Below the pieces are notes generated by a model, which saw nothing but the letters and a program-made list of their open reading frames with translations, was not told where the DNA came from and made no database searches. A stretch of 64,000 bases of DNA. Source: Klebsiella phage KpCHEMY26. The position numbers and the translations under genes are program-made. Shown piece after piece: positions 26,795 through 38,173 of this stretch. Location: the sequence record MN163281.1, one strand, 5' to 3'. How positions within the stretch are numbered: the stretch's first letter is position 1; each line of letters begins with the position of its first letter.

Positions 26795-29700
26795 ATGGCT
26801 ACCGGATTTGAAAAAGAACAACAGTTATCTGGTGTTGGGGCGCAAAAAGCACAAGAACTAAATCAAGCTACTCAGCAGAAACGTGTAGAGATGGGTGCTC
26901 CTGTTCCGGGAGTAGAGATTGATTTTCCTGTTGGTTCTCCGGGTTACCAGAGAGCACAGGAAGCTATTCGTTTAGCAGAAGCAGGCCCTAAATATACTCG
27001 TGAGCAGATGACTCAGATGCTTACTGCTGCTCCTACTGCTCCTGCTAATACTGGCAATATTAATGATTTTAGTATTCCAGAGGCACAGCCAATCACTCCT
27101 GAGATGCAGGCTAACTACGATGCTATTGCACGTACTAAACCTTTCTATCGCAAGATGATTAATCCTCAAGTGTCTCCAGAATTTGGTGGTACTGGTCCAT
27201 TTGACCCGAACCATCCAAATTATCAGGCACCTACACAACAGGCTCAAATCCCCGCTAATCAGCAGTATCTGGAAGATTTGCAGTATATGCCTATGGCTGC
27301 TTTACAGCAGAAGTATGGGCCTCAAGCTGCAAGAGATAAGTTATCTCTGAATATTGCTAAAGCAAATACTGATGAATTCTCTGGTCAGGGTATTGAAGCC
27401 AGTGACATTGGTAATGCAGCTCAAGTCTGGTTAGGTAACACAGCTCGCTTTGCTACTGGTTTAGGTAATCTGGCTTTACAGAATACTCAGGATTTAATTG
27501 CTGATGTAACTGGACGTGATGACCTAGCAGGTCAACCTACTCTGTTAGACCAAGCTGGTATTGATAAACCTCTGAAAGAATTTACAGAGGAACAAAGAGG
27601 TCAATACTCTCCGGGTATCCTGTATGAACAGTCTGTGATTGAAGCACAGAAAGAACAGTTCAAAAATCAGGGTGCTCAGCGTGAAGCTGCTGACATTGCT
27701 AAAGGTGATAATCCATTAGTCGCTGGTGCTAAGGAACAGTTACGTCAGTTTGTTAACACTGCTGAACAATATGGAGATAAGCCGGGTGCATTAACTACTC
27801 TGATTGCAGAATCTGCTCCTGATTTATTAACTGGTGGTTTAGTAGGTAAGTTAGCTACTCGTGGTGCATTCAAAGAACTGGTTAAAGAGTATGGTGAAGA
27901 TTTTGCTACCAAGTTAGCTGCTACCAAATATGGTAGAGAAAAACTTCAGGATGCTGCTGAGAATGCATTTGTTGGTTATGTTGGCTTCCAAGAAGCTGGC
28001 TCTAACATGCAGCAAACTCTCGACCAGATTGATGGTATGACTAATGCTCAGCTTGCTGAGAAGTCTCCTATGTACAGAGACCTCATCGCTGAAGGCATGT
28101 CTGAAGAACAAGCCAGAAGACAAGTACGTACTCAGGCCGGTAACGTCACAGCTGCTGTAGCAGGTACGCTGGGTGCGTTAACAGGTAAACTTGCTGCTCC
28201 ATTTGAATCTCGAATTTTCTCTCCTTCATTATTAGAAGGTACAGGATTCTCAAGTGCTGCATCACGCATCCTTGGTAATACGCTTAGAGAGACTGTTGAG
28301 GAAGCATCGCAAGGGGCTACTGGTCAATTTGGCTCTAATCTCGGGGTACGGACTTCTGCTGATGAATCTCAGTCCCTCTCTGAAGATATTGGTTCAAACG
28401 TTGCTGAGTCTGCTCTTGCTGGTGCGGGTATGGGTGCTTTCGGTTCGGCTGTTAGTGAAACACCTAGAGCAATTCAGGAAGGAATCCAGCAGGGTCGTAG
28501 TGCATTTAATGAGAGACAAGCTCAAAGAGAGCAGACCAGAGCACAGGACTTCAGAAACACTGTAAATACTGCTAACGAATCTGTTCAGCAGACTTCTCCA
28601 CAGCCTGACACTACTGCTACTACAGAAGCAGCCCCTGCTACTAAAGCTGTAGATGCTGTTACTGAACCAGCTGCAAAAGAAGTCTTTAAAGCTATCCCAG
28701 AAGAAGAAATCAGTTCTCCTGGCTCTATTCTGCGTATTGCTCGTGCAATTCGTAATCGTCAACTGGATGAAGCTTCAAGACGTGACCTTGCTACTGTTGG
28801 TAACAACGTTATCTCTGCTTATGAAGAAGCTCTGCCTAACATTCAGGCACAGATGCAATCTGCTCCAGAAGAACAGAAAGCTCAGTACCAGACTGCTATT
28901 GATAATATCAATGCAGTACTGAGTAATCCTGATGTACAAGCCATCAAGACTACTGCTGAGAGCTTTAAACTGACTCCTGATGAAATGACTAAAGTCATGG
29001 AATCACTTCCTTCTGAAATTACTCCAGAGACTTACCAGTCTCCAGAAGTACAGCAGGGAGTTAAATCTGTTCTGGCTCAAATGAATTTAGACGCTGCATC
29101 TATCACTCCTGAGACAGCAGATAAACTGATTAACTCAGCTGATGCTATTGGTTTAAGCCAACAAGACTTAAACAAGCTGAGAGTCATCTCTGCTACCGGT
29201 AAAGCCATGAGCCAGGTAGGTCAGGATGTACGTCAGGGTTCTGATGGATTTATTGGTATCCAGCAGTATCAGCAAGGTATCTTCCGTGCATTAGCTCTGA
29301 ATGATACTAAACGTGCTCAGGGTCTGTTAGACCATCTGAACCGTTTTGCTACGCACATGGAAACCAAAGCAGATGCCTTTGAACAAGCTGCTCAGAATTT
29401 CACTGGTAATCGGCCTGTAGAGGTAATCAACCCTACTACTGGTCAGCCATATATGTCACTGGATGGAAATCCTATGACCTATCATCCTGTACGTTCTAAG
29501 AACTTAGTACAGGAAATCCGTAATGATGCTGCTGCTGTAAGACAAGCGCACACCATTACTGGTCAACTGGTAGATGGTAAGCCTGTTGATGTGCCTGCTC
29601 AGTCTGAGCCTATGGCTTCTGAAGATGTGAATTCTCAGGAACAGACTCCTGCTCCAGAGGCCACTTCTGAAGAAGCACCTGTAGAAACTACTTCTGAGCA

Positions 29701-32700
29701 GACTTCTACAGAAGCTCCTACAGAGGCTTCTGAGAGCACGAATCAGGAAGAGGTACAAACACCTGCCGAGACTACAGAAACACAGCCAGAGGCTGTTACA
29801 GAAGCTCCAGCACAGGTTAATGAAGAACCTGTTCAGGGTGAGCTGTTTGATAAACCAGAGACTGTAGAATCTGATATTCAGATTCAGGAAGAGCCTACAT
29901 CTGTTGAAACAGATTTAATGGATGAGTCGCAGTTAGACCTTGGTTTAGAAAAAGGTGTTAACTATGACATTCTGAATGGATTGCAGACAGAGACTGTACG
30001 TTCTGATGCTAAATCTACTTCAGATGTTGATAAAGAATACCAGGCTACTAACCAAGTTAAAAAATGGTTTAAGCCTACTGGTAAACGCTCTGCATTCCTG
30101 AGAACTAGTAACTTCTCTGGAAGACTTAATAGCATCTTTACTAATGGTTCTAATCCTATTACTCAGATTCAGAATCTGTTTAAAGGGTTCATTAATCCTG
30201 AGCAAGTAACTGCTAAAGAAGTCAGTGTATTGCGTCAATTTGCTGGATTAGTTCCTGCTGTTGAACAATCACTGATTCAGTCTTGGGGTAAATTAACTCC
30301 TGAAGGTCAACGTATCTTCTGGGAAACCTATCCTGTCGAATACTTTGATGAAGTACGTAACATCAATGGTGAGAATGTTTATTTCTTACCTCAGCCAGTT
30401 ATTGAAGCAATGACTGCTGGAATGATGCAGTGGTTTGTTCGTAATGCATCTGAAACTCTGTTCAATGATGACAGAGCAGTTATGGATATTCTTGGTTTAG
30501 ATAACAAGACCAGACCTACTGTAGAACAGGTAGACCTTTTACGTGATGTAGGTACTGACCGTCAGAATATCATCGATGACTTAAGCAGAGAGATTTTTGG
30601 AATCTTAGGTATCACTGCTGACCCTAATACTCCTATCTCTGTTCGTGATACTGTGTCTAAAGCACTGGCAGCCGAAGTACTGAACGTCATGATTAATGCT
30701 GGTTTAGTTCAGGAAACTGTTGTTAAGAATAGTGAATTAGCTGCTGTTGGCTCAATTAAAGTTAATAGTTCAAACATCAAGAATTCTCGTGTGTTCATTA
30801 AAATGAATCCAGAGTCAGAAGCTTCCCTACAGTTAGTAAAACTGATGGAGGATTCTAATGACTTGTTGGGCCAGCTGACTAACCCATCTCGTGAAAGAGC
30901 TAATGCATTCTTTGATGTTCCGCCTAAAGGGCAGTCAACCAAAGTTAAGAATGGTGGTGGTCAGGATATTCCCGAGAAGATGCTTGCTGCTCGTAACAAA
31001 GCTAGTAAACAACCTCACTTCATTAACGTGGGTCTGCATGACCTTCTGTTAGATAAGTTAGGTATTGAATGGACTGGCAGAATGTTAGGCATTCAATCTG
31101 AAGAGAATGCTAACGGTGCTCACCTGAAATCTATTCAGGGTTCTAATCGTACCATCGAACGAGACATTAACACTTTAGTTAATGGTTTAACTCGTATGGT
31201 AGAAGCAGGTAAAGACCTTGCTACTACCCCAATCTACTTTGCTTATAACGTCATCAGTAACTACCGTATGATGCTGAACTCGGGTGACCTGAATCCACAG
31301 TCTGCTAAGTTACATCGTGAATTGGTTACTGTTGCACCTTCTACTATTGAGTTAAATAACCCTCTGCATGGTGCATTCCTTGATTACGCTATTGCTCAGG
31401 GCTTGGATATTTCTATTGATAAGCTGTCTTCTAATACAGCCAGAGAACGCTTAAATAAAGCTATTGATACTGGTCTATTTAGGGATGCCATCAACATCTT
31501 GAAAGCTGCTGAGATTCAGGACTCTATTAGTGATGCTGATGCAGAGACTCTGTTACAGGCTGTTAATGCAGGCAAGGAGAAGACTAAAACTCTTCATGCA
31601 CTGTATGCACAGGCTCAATACGAACTGGCTGTAGAGCAAGGTAAAGAGTCATTCCAGACTCACATCATGTTAGAACTTGATGGTGTTACTAACGGCCCAT
31701 TTAACTCTATTATCCATCTTGGATTAAAAGATATTAACCAAGACCTTCTGGATAAACTGGAGAAGGGTGGTTTGTTCTATGGTCAGTCTGACCGTCTGTA
31801 TAACGATGCTGCTGAAGAACCAGGATTCTTAGACCTGTATAAGACTGCTGCTGCTGGTACGCAGGAGTATGTTAACAATATGATGGACTCTGTACGGAAT
31901 ATTCCAAACCGTATTGCAGCTCTCAGCAGCAAATCTAAGCGTCAGCAGCAGAAAGAGTTGCGTGAGATTGAACGTCTGAAGAATCAGATGAGAGTTACTC
32001 TTGCTGCATCTAAATTAATTGGTGATGTGAACATCGTTGAAGGTGAAGATGTTGAACACCCAATTCAGATTGGTCGTGGATTACTTAAGAATCCTGTAAC
32101 CGTAACAGTCTATTCTGGCGGTGCTAATGCCATTAATAGAAAGATTGCTATGGGTATTGTTAATGGTTACTACGAGGCAATTACTGAAGCATTAAGAGCA
32201 GTAGATTCAGCAACCACTGTTGAAGAAAGGGATGCTGCAATTGCTCATATCCAAGACCTGACTCAGACTACAAATGAGTTAACTTCTGCTCGTGTATTCC
32301 GCAATGGTGATTGGGTTAATATCGGAGAACCTATTAATTTAGGGTCTGATGTAACCCAATTTAAATTCTCTGGAGAACAAATTGATGCTATCACTCAAAA
32401 TATTAAAATCGGGATTGGCGCTGCTGTTAATCAGTCTATTGCTACTGAATTTGGTACTGTAGTTAAACGTGGCAAGATGATGGTTTATGCTGCTGCCGTT
32501 ATGCATGAAGTATTCATGTCACGTTGGAACAAAGAGGTATCTCGTTTAGAGGAAGAGCTTCGTAAAGCAGGTAAACTCTCTAAATTTGAGTCTCTGTCCC
32601 AGCAGCAATACAACGACATTAAGCAGTATCTGATTGGCTCTATGCCTATCTTCAATTCATGGTTCACTGCTAATAACTTAGATGTAGACCAGTTAAATAC

Positions 32701-35700
32701 CGGTATTCTTCTGAGTGAAGAAGCACGTCAACCTGTTGATAATTACAGAATGGAATCAAGAGGTCGCAGAGAACTGGATGGTAAAATGCGTAGGTCTACC
32801 TTTGGTGTAGACATGCCTACCTATACCGAACCGGGTACTCGTGTAATGCCTTTACTGGTTCAGTCTGTAGAAGCAGCCATGCAAGCCATTGCTCGTGATA
32901 TTAACCCGAATAACGCACTTAACGTATTTGATGGTTATATTAATGCTGTCGAGCATCTTGAGTCTGGCTCACAAGCCATTAACCAAGGTGTATTCCAGAG
33001 CTGGAATGAATTCGATTTACTGCAAGACTTTACTAATCGCTTTGAACAAGCGATGGAAGGAGTTGATGTTGATGCTGAGCTAGATGTGGTTGCTGCCAAT
33101 AGTCTGCAACAGTCATTTGACTCTATTGCTGAAGACCTTGGCTTAGAGCCGGGTATTTACCCAATTTCCCCGGAAATACTGAATGACTTCTTAAAAGAGT
33201 TAAAGAAAGAAGCTGCTACTCAGACTGCTATCAAACAAGGTTTGTTAGGTGGTGAGGCTATCACTTCTATTAACCAGATGACTGGCGCTAACATTCCATT
33301 CAATGTACAGAATGGTAAGCAGGTTACTGAGCAGACTGATGAGCTGATTGATACCAGAACTCCTTTGGAACAGTTAGTAGCTAATACTGAACTGCCTACT
33401 GTCGAATCTATTTCTCTGCCTTTAGGTAGAGTTACCATTCCTCCTAGCCGTCAAATGGCTGAGGCTTTAGATAGAAATGGTAGAACTCTGCGTGGACATG
33501 AAGGTGTTAAAGTTCTGGCTAAAGGTGATGTGGTTGCTGCGGTAAGAGAAGCAGCTAAATCCCTGCCATCTCGTCAGAATAAAATCACTGGATTTATTCT
33601 TGATAAGATTGAGAAAGCCATCCCTAATGACATTAATGTGTATGTAGGCTCCCCAGAGGCTCTGTCAGATGTTCAATGGAAACTGAATCCTGGTAGAAGA
33701 GTTAAGTTTACTTCTAACTTCTTAGGGCTTACAGAAGGCCAGAATATCTATATTGGTTCTCAGTCTATTGAGACAGTGATGCATGAATTAATCCATGCTG
33801 CTACTGCCAATACTGTTCAGGCTTATTACACTGACCCAGCTAGTCTGACTCCAAATCAGAGAACTGAGGTTGCTTCTATTGAAGCTCTCATGACTAAGTT
33901 TGTTAACGAGTACACATACGTTAACCCAGAAACAAATTCTGTAGTTAGTCTGATTAATGACCATATTGAGAGTGGTGATATGGCTCAGGCTACTGCTGAA
34001 TTCATTGCATGGGGTTTAGTTAACCCAAGAATGATTGATGCAATGACTCAGAAAACTGTTGCTGGTAAGGTCACTAATGTACTGAAACAGATGGCTGATG
34101 CTATCAAGCGCCTGTTTGCAATTGGTTCTAATCCAGAAATTAACTCTTACTGGTCAAGACTGCTTGGGCATACTGTTGCATTGACTGACACTACAACCTC
34201 TGTGAGCACAGCTGATGAAACCAGTTTTGCACAGCGTAATGCTAACAACATTAACAGACTGGATGCTGAAACCTTATTCAATAAACTGAACCCAGGTAAA
34301 GCAACTCAAGACCACATCAATCATCTGACTGACACTCTGGATTATCTCCAGTCAAATATCGTTAGAGTGATTAAACAATCTGGTCAACAGATTTCTGGTC
34401 TGGACCATTTCCAAGAGAAACTCTTGGTAGATAGCATTGACCCTGAGATTGATAAGTCTCCTGATGCTCTGATTGCTCATGGTTTTGACATGAGTGAGAA
34501 AGAGGCGTTTGTCTTCAAGATGCTTCAGGTATCTATGAAGTATGGTCTGGAGAATTTCTCTCCAAGTGTTCTGGTAGCTCGTAGCCTGTATGCTCAGGCA
34601 AGAGACCAGTTGAAGGTTAGTGATTTCCTCACTGACCCTAACAACACGTCTGCTACTGAGATGGCTCTGGCTAAACAGAGATATGATGCTGTATTTGGTA
34701 ATACTGCTATCACCACTGATGCTACCGGTCGTACTAATAGACTGGCTAACTTCATTGCACTGGCAGAAACTCATGAGCCTCTGAGAAATAAACTGGCTCA
34801 GATGAGTGTTAAACGTACTCGTTCAGCACCGGCCTCTACTATCAGAGAACACATTGGTGATTTAGTTAATTCCATTCTGACTTGGCTGTCAGGATTGGCT
34901 ACTAAATCTCTGTCCAATGCTACTGTTGCTACTCGCTTAACTAAACTGGCTAAAAACATTAGTCATGTTGATAGTGAAGCCAGAGATAATCTGTTAGGTA
35001 GAGTTGAACGTGGTAGTGAAGAAATCTCACAGACTGTTCAGGATAAACTGAATGCCTTTGGTCACATGGTTAGAAACCAGTTACTCAAGGTACAGAAGAT
35101 TGTTCCTAAGTCTGTAGCCTTTGGTATCAATGCTGGTTCTGCTGTATTCAATGACCAAGATGCTCAGGATGTGCGTACAGCAATTACCACTATCATGATG
35201 AACATTCATCAGAATGGTAAGTTGGGTACTCTGGCTGAACTGGTTAATGAATTCATTGGTTCCAATGAAACTAACCAGACTATTCATACTCTGTTAACTC
35301 AGAAGAATATGGCTGCTGATAGAGCACGTCAGATTATTCGTGAAATGGTTCCGGGTATGATTGAGCAGACTTTCGTTTCATTAAACCAGACTGAGAAAGA
35401 AGCTATTCAGAAGGTGGTTGCTAACACTGATATGGCTTACTTGTTTGCTAATGGATACAGCTTAGCTCGCCTGAATGAGTTACTGACTAATCCAAATGAA
35501 CTGGCTAAAGAGATTGCTTCTATGGAATCTCAGCTCAATTCAATTGGTGCTCAGAATGCACCATTCTACATCAAGTCTGCTAAAGGCTTGGCTAAACAAA
35601 TGGTGCATGGAGTTAGTCCACTGGTTTATCAGTTACCGAATGCTGCATCTATTGCTCGCTTAATCGGTACTGGCAAAGTCAGACCTAACGATACTGTCGT

Positions 35701-37684
35701 TAATTCAGCTACTCAGCTGATTGATACTCTAGCTTCACTGTCAGCTCTGACTGAATTGTCACAAGCTGATAAAGAAACTGTGAGTAACGTCATTAGCAGA
35801 GAGATGACTAAAGGCGAACCAAATAACAATGGGATGACTTTTACGCTGAAATACTACAGCAGTTTACAGGGTGCTGAGTTAGCCAAGTCTGGTAAAAATC
35901 AATCTCTGGCAGCTGTAAAAGGTTATACGCCTACTCTGACAGACCCAAATAAAAAGGTCATTGTGGCATCCGTTTTAGATGAGCCAAGTCTGGTTCGCAG
36001 AGGCTATGTCAGAGGTGCTCAGTTTGCTCGTGACCCGAATGACCTGAGTAAAGAACCAATGTACTACTACCACTCAAATAATGGTGGTGAGCCTCGTTGG
36101 ATTGCTGGGGTAATGAGCACCCTTCAAACCACCGTAGGTGGTGTAAACCCAATCTCAGGTAGAAGTGTTAATGGTTCAATGACTCCGGGTATCTGGGGCA
36201 GCAAAGAGAAGACTACATTAGCTACCCTGAAACGTGGTCAAATTGATGACCTGTTTGATGCTAATAAGCCTATGCCTACTGGATTCAGTAGCTACATGCA
36301 GCCTACTCTGAACAGGGCTGGTTCAATCATGGGATACTCTTATCAGATTCCTCGTGCTAACAAAGAAGCACATCTGGATATTGATAATGATTTCACTAAA
36401 GTAATGGCGGCTTGGGAAGGTCGTATTGCTGAGGAGATTCAGGCTGAGAAATACAATGAGATGCTTCTTCAGAGATTGCGTGAGATGTATGTGAAGGATG
36501 CTCGCCAAGGCAATGCATACCAGTACATCACTATTAATAAGAACTCAACTGACCCACAGCTCAAAGAGATTTATGAACTGATGCCAATTGAGATGAAAGA
36601 AGCTGCCAAAGAGATTTGGCCTAATGGTGATATCAAGGTACGTAAAGACTTACTGAATAATGCATTTGGTTATCGTGAGCCTTCAGTACTGAATATGTGG
36701 ACTGGTCAGACTGGTTACTCTAAAGAGTTCCAGAAAGCCTTTGTGAGTATCGCAGAGACATTCTTAGGTAAGAATGCTGCTAAGTATCTCCGCTTAGGTG
36801 AGCGTGGGATTATGGAATTTGTGAAGGAAATGAAAGATTGGATTGTTGTACGTTCAGTAGTCGTATCAGCAGCCAACATTGTTTCCAACATGGTTCACTT
36901 AGCGACTGTAGGTGTCAGTCCAGTTACTATGGCTAAAGACATGTCTGTAGCTGTACTGGCTGCTGAAGAATACAGAAGAAACGAGAAACTCATTAACGAG
37001 TATTCTCACTATCTGGCTGTAGGACATAATCCTAAGATGGCTGATGAGTATCAGAGAAAAATTTCTGAACTCAAAGATTCACAGGCTCGTAACCCTGTTG
37101 CTGATTTAATCAAAGCTGGTTTACTGCCTACCATCGCAGAGGATTTAGGTCAGCAGGATGATTACTCTCTGAAAGATAAACTGTTAACTAAGATGGATGA
37201 ATACACTTCTGCTGTTCCAGACAGTGTTAAAAGGGTTGCCAAGGAAGTTGCACTTTCAAGAGATAGTCACATCTACTTCTTACTGAACCGTTCAATTCAG
37301 TATGGTGACTTCGTTGCTAAGTATTCTCTGTATAAACAGCTGACTACTCGCAAGAATAATCCAATGGATAAAGATAGTGCTATTGCACGAGTAATGGATG
37401 AATTCGTTAACTATGACATTCTTCCTAGCCGTACCAGATTCTATCTGGATGCAATGGGATTAACTTGGTTCCTGAACTATAAGATTAGAATTCAGAAAGT
37501 TATTCTCAGAACGATTCGTGAGAATCCACTGAGAGCACTGTTCCTGATGTTCAGTAATAGTTGGGAATCAAACCTGCCGAACATCACTGATGCTAACTTA
37601 GTGACTGGCAGCCTGAATTATAACATTGGGTTTGGTACTGCATTGAATGGATTCACAGTACACCCGCTGGTTGAACTGTACTAA
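26795..37684 (+). CDS. virion-encapsidated giant RNA polymerase (N4 gp50-like vRNAP, 3629 aa)
   Basis: Single uninterrupted 10.9-kb ORF at the end of the structural block; among podovirus-type genomes only N4-like vRNAPs reach this size; central acidic Pro/Thr/Glu linker; all antisense ORFs are short. Confidence 0.8.
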   Translation: MATGFEKEQQLSGVGAQKAQELNQATQQKRVEMGAPVPGVEIDFPVGSPGYQRAQEAIRLAEAGPKYTREQMTQMLTAAPTAPANTGNINDFSIPEAQPITPEMQANYDAIARTKPFYRKMINPQVSPEFGGTGPFDPNHPNYQAPTQQAQIPANQQYLEDLQYMPMAALQQKYGPQAARDKLSLNIAKANTDEFSGQGIEASDIGNAAQVWLGNTARFATGLGNLALQNTQDLIADVTGRDDLAGQPTLLDQAGIDKPLKEFTEEQRGQYSPGILYEQSVIEAQKEQFKNQGAQREAADIAKGDNPLVAGAKEQLRQFVNTAEQYGDKPGALTTLIAESAPDLLTGGLVGKLATRGAFKELVKEYGEDFATKLAATKYGREKLQDAAENAFVGYVGFQEAGSNMQQTLDQIDGMTNAQLAEKSPMYRDLIAEGMSEEQARRQVRTQAGNVTAAVAGTLGALTGKLAAPFESRIFSPSLLEGTGFSSAASRILGNTLRETVEEASQGATGQFGSNLGVRTSADESQSLSEDIGSNVAESALAGAGMGAFGSAVSETPRAIQEGIQQGRSAFNERQAQREQTRAQDFRNTVNTANESVQQTSPQPDTTATTEAAPATKAVDAVTEPAAKEVFKAIPEEEISSPGSILRIARAIRNRQLDEASRRDLATVGNNVISAYEEALPNIQAQMQSAPEEQKAQYQTAIDNINAVLSNPDVQAIKTTAESFKLTPDEMTKVMESLPSEITPETYQSPEVQQGVKSVLAQMNLDAASITPETADKLINSADAIGLSQQDLNKLRVISATGKAMSQVGQDVRQGSDGFIGIQQYQQGIFRALALNDTKRAQGLLDHLNRFATHMETKADAFEQAAQNFTGNRPVEVINPTTGQPYMSLDGNPMTYHPVRSKNLVQEIRNDAAAVRQAHTITGQLVDGKPVDVPAQSEPMASEDVNSQEQTPAPEATSEEAPVETTSEQTSTEAPTEASESTNQEEVQTPAETTETQPEAVTEAPAQVNEEPVQGELFDKPETVESDIQIQEEPTSVETDLMDESQLDLGLEKGVNYDILNGLQTETVRSDAKSTSDVDKEYQATNQVKKWFKPTGKRSAFLRTSNFSGRLNSIFTNGSNPITQIQNLFKGFINPEQVTAKEVSVLRQFAGLVPAVEQSLIQSWGKLTPEGQRIFWETYPVEYFDEVRNINGENVYFLPQPVIEAMTAGMMQWFVRNASETLFNDDRAVMDILGLDNKTRPTVEQVDLLRDVGTDRQNIIDDLSREIFGILGITADPNTPISVRDTVSKALAAEVLNVMINAGLVQETVVKNSELAAVGSIKVNSSNIKNSRVFIKMNPESEASLQLVKLMEDSNDLLGQLTNPSRERANAFFDVPPKGQSTKVKNGGGQDIPEKMLAARNKASKQPHFINVGLHDLLLDKLGIEWTGRMLGIQSEENANGAHLKSIQGSNRTIERDINTLVNGLTRMVEAGKDLATTPIYFAYNVISNYRMMLNSGDLNPQSAKLHRELVTVAPSTIELNNPLHGAFLDYAIAQGLDISIDKLSSNTARERLNKAIDTGLFRDAINILKAAEIQDSISDADAETLLQAVNAGKEKTKTLHALYAQAQYELAVEQGKESFQTHIMLELDGVTNGPFNSIIHLGLKDINQDLLDKLEKGGLFYGQSDRLYNDAAEEPGFLDLYKTAAAGTQEYVNNMMDSVRNIPNRIAALSSKSKRQQQKELREIERLKNQMRVTLAASKLIGDVNIVEGEDVEHPIQIGRGLLKNPVTVTVYSGGANAINRKIAMGIVNGYYEAITEALRAVDSATTVEERDAAIAHIQDLTQTTNELTSARVFRNGDWVNIGEPINLGSDVTQFKFSGEQIDAITQNIKIGIGAAVNQSIATEFGTVVKRGKMMVYAAAVMHEVFMSRWNKEVSRLEEELRKAGKLSKFESLSQQQYNDIKQYLIGSMPIFNSWFTANNLDVDQLNTGILLSEEARQPVDNYRMESRGRRELDGKMRRSTFGVDMPTYTEPGTRVMPLLVQSVEAAMQAIARDINPNNALNVFDGYINAVEHLESGSQAINQGVFQSWNEFDLLQDFTNRFEQAMEGVDVDAELDVVAANSLQQSFDSIAEDLGLEPGIYPISPEILNDFLKELKKEAATQTAIKQGLLGGEAITSINQMTGANIPFNVQNGKQVTEQTDELIDTRTPLEQLVANTELPTVESISLPLGRVTIPPSRQMAEALDRNGRTLRGHEGVKVLAKGDVVAAVREAAKSLPSRQNKITGFILDKIEKAIPNDINVYVGSPEALSDVQWKLNPGRRVKFTSNFLGLTEGQNIYIGSQSIETVMHELIHAATANTVQAYYTDPASLTPNQRTEVASIEALMTKFVNEYTYVNPETNSVVSLINDHIESGDMAQATAEFIAWGLVNPRMIDAMTQKTVAGKVTNVLKQMADAIKRLFAIGSNPEINSYWSRLLGHTVALTDTTTSVSTADETSFAQRNANNINRLDAETLFNKLNPGKATQDHINHLTDTLDYLQSNIVRVIKQSGQQISGLDHFQEKLLVDSIDPEIDKSPDALIAHGFDMSEKEAFVFKMLQVSMKYGLENFSPSVLVARSLYAQARDQLKVSDFLTDPNNTSATEMALAKQRYDAVFGNTAITTDATGRTNRLANFIALAETHEPLRNKLAQMSVKRTRSAPASTIREHIGDLVNSILTWLSGLATKSLSNATVATRLTKLAKNISHVDSEARDNLLGRVERGSEEISQTVQDKLNAFGHMVRNQLLKVQKIVPKSVAFGINAGSAVFNDQDAQDVRTAITTIMMNIHQNGKLGTLAELVNEFIGSNETNQTIHTLLTQKNMAADRARQIIREMVPGMIEQTFVSLNQTEKEAIQKVVANTDMAYLFANGYSLARLNELLTNPNELAKEIASMESQLNSIGAQNAPFYIKSAKGLAKQMVHGVSPLVYQLPNAASIARLIGTGKVRPNDTVVNSATQLIDTLASLSALTELSQADKETVSNVISREMTKGEPNNNGMTFTLKYYSSLQGAELAKSGKNQSLAAVKGYTPTLTDPNKKVIVASVLDEPSLVRRGYVRGAQFARDPNDLSKEPMYYYHSNNGGEPRWIAGVMSTLQTTVGGVNPISGRSVNGSMTPGIWGSKEKTTLATLKRGQIDDLFDANKPMPTGFSSYMQPTLNRAGSIMGYSYQIPRANKEAHLDIDNDFTKVMAAWEGRIAEEIQAEKYNEMLLQRLREMYVKDARQGNAYQYITINKNSTDPQLKEIYELMPIEMKEAAKEIWPNGDIKVRKDLLNNAFGYREPSVLNMWTGQTGYSKEFQKAFVSIAETFLGKNAAKYLRLGERGIMEFVKEMKDWIVVRSVVVSAANIVSNMVHLATVGVSPVTMAKDMSVAVLAAEEYRRNEKLINEYSHYLAVGHNPKMADEYQRKISELKDSQARNPVADLIKAGLLPTIAEDLGQQDDYSLKDKLLTKMDEYTSAVPDSVKRVAKEVALSRDSHIYFLLNRSIQYGDFVAKYSLYKQLTTRKNNPMDKDSAIARVMDEFVNYDILPSRTRFYLDAMGLTWFLNYKIRIQKVILRTIRENPLRALFLMFSNSWESNLPNITDANLVTGSLNYNIGFGTALNGFTVHPLVELY

Positions 37685-37708
37685 AAGAAAAGCCTCAAGG
37701 AAGAGGCT
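37682..37708 (-). terminator. terminator at the convergent junction between the vRNAP gene and the minus-strand gene block
   Basis: AGCCTC-AAGGAA-GAGGCT hairpin; minus-strand read is followed by CTTTTCTTTTAG; overlaps the stop of 37695-37898. Confidence 0.55.
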
Positions 37709-37898
37709 TCTCTGCATAGAAAACGTCAAATCCTGCAAAGTCTTCAGGGCAATGGATTTTCTCTTGATAAGAATCTCCGAATTTATATCTTGTATATTCG
37801 AAGTACTTACCGTCCCATACAGCTTCAGTAGCATTACGACAGTGTCCTTGGTACTTCTGACCAACAACTAATTCATCCTTTGGGATGTGTTTACGCAT
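37695..37898 (-). CDS. hypothetical protein (67 aa)
   Basis: ORF at the 3' end of the minus-strand block. Confidence 0.35.
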   Translation of the reverse strand: MRKHIPKDELVVGQKYQGHCRNATEAVWDGKYFEYTRYKFGDSYQEKIHCPEDFAGFDVFYAEKPLP

Positions 37899-37926
37899 AC
37901 ATATGTACCTATAAGAAAAGCCCCGA

Positions 37927-38166
37927 TTAAGGGGCTTTATAACTATCTTCAGTAAATTCTATGAAATAACCAATCTTCTGCTTCTCTGAATCAGAAAAGT
38001 CCTGTGTTGCCATTAATTCTAAACCTTTCAATAGTTCAGCATATAGCTTCTGAACATTAATAGTTTGAATGTCTACTCCATCAGGAGGTGTGATTCCATA
38101 GAATAATTCGGATAATACACCGTTTTCTACATAAGCTTTTAAAGAAGCAAATCCAGATTTAGCCAT
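37927..38166 (-). CDS. hypothetical protein (about 79 aa)
   Basis: Start moved to the internal ATG at 38166 to avoid overlap with the DUF1653-like gene. Confidence 0.35.
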   Translation of the reverse strand: MAKSGFASLKAYVENGVLSELFYGITPPDGVDIQTINVQKLYAELLKGLELMATQDFSDSEKQKIGYFIEFTEDSYKAP

Positions 38167-38173
38167 AACTTGC

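Noticed and set aside
26972-35287. Numerous 60-140 aa ORFs on both strands inside the vRNAP gene (for example 28394-28762, 34352-34774, 28254-28565)
   Set aside because: All are shorter than expected by chance for a 10.9-kb region, lack RBS, and are antisense or out of frame to one uninterrupted 3629-aa ORF.
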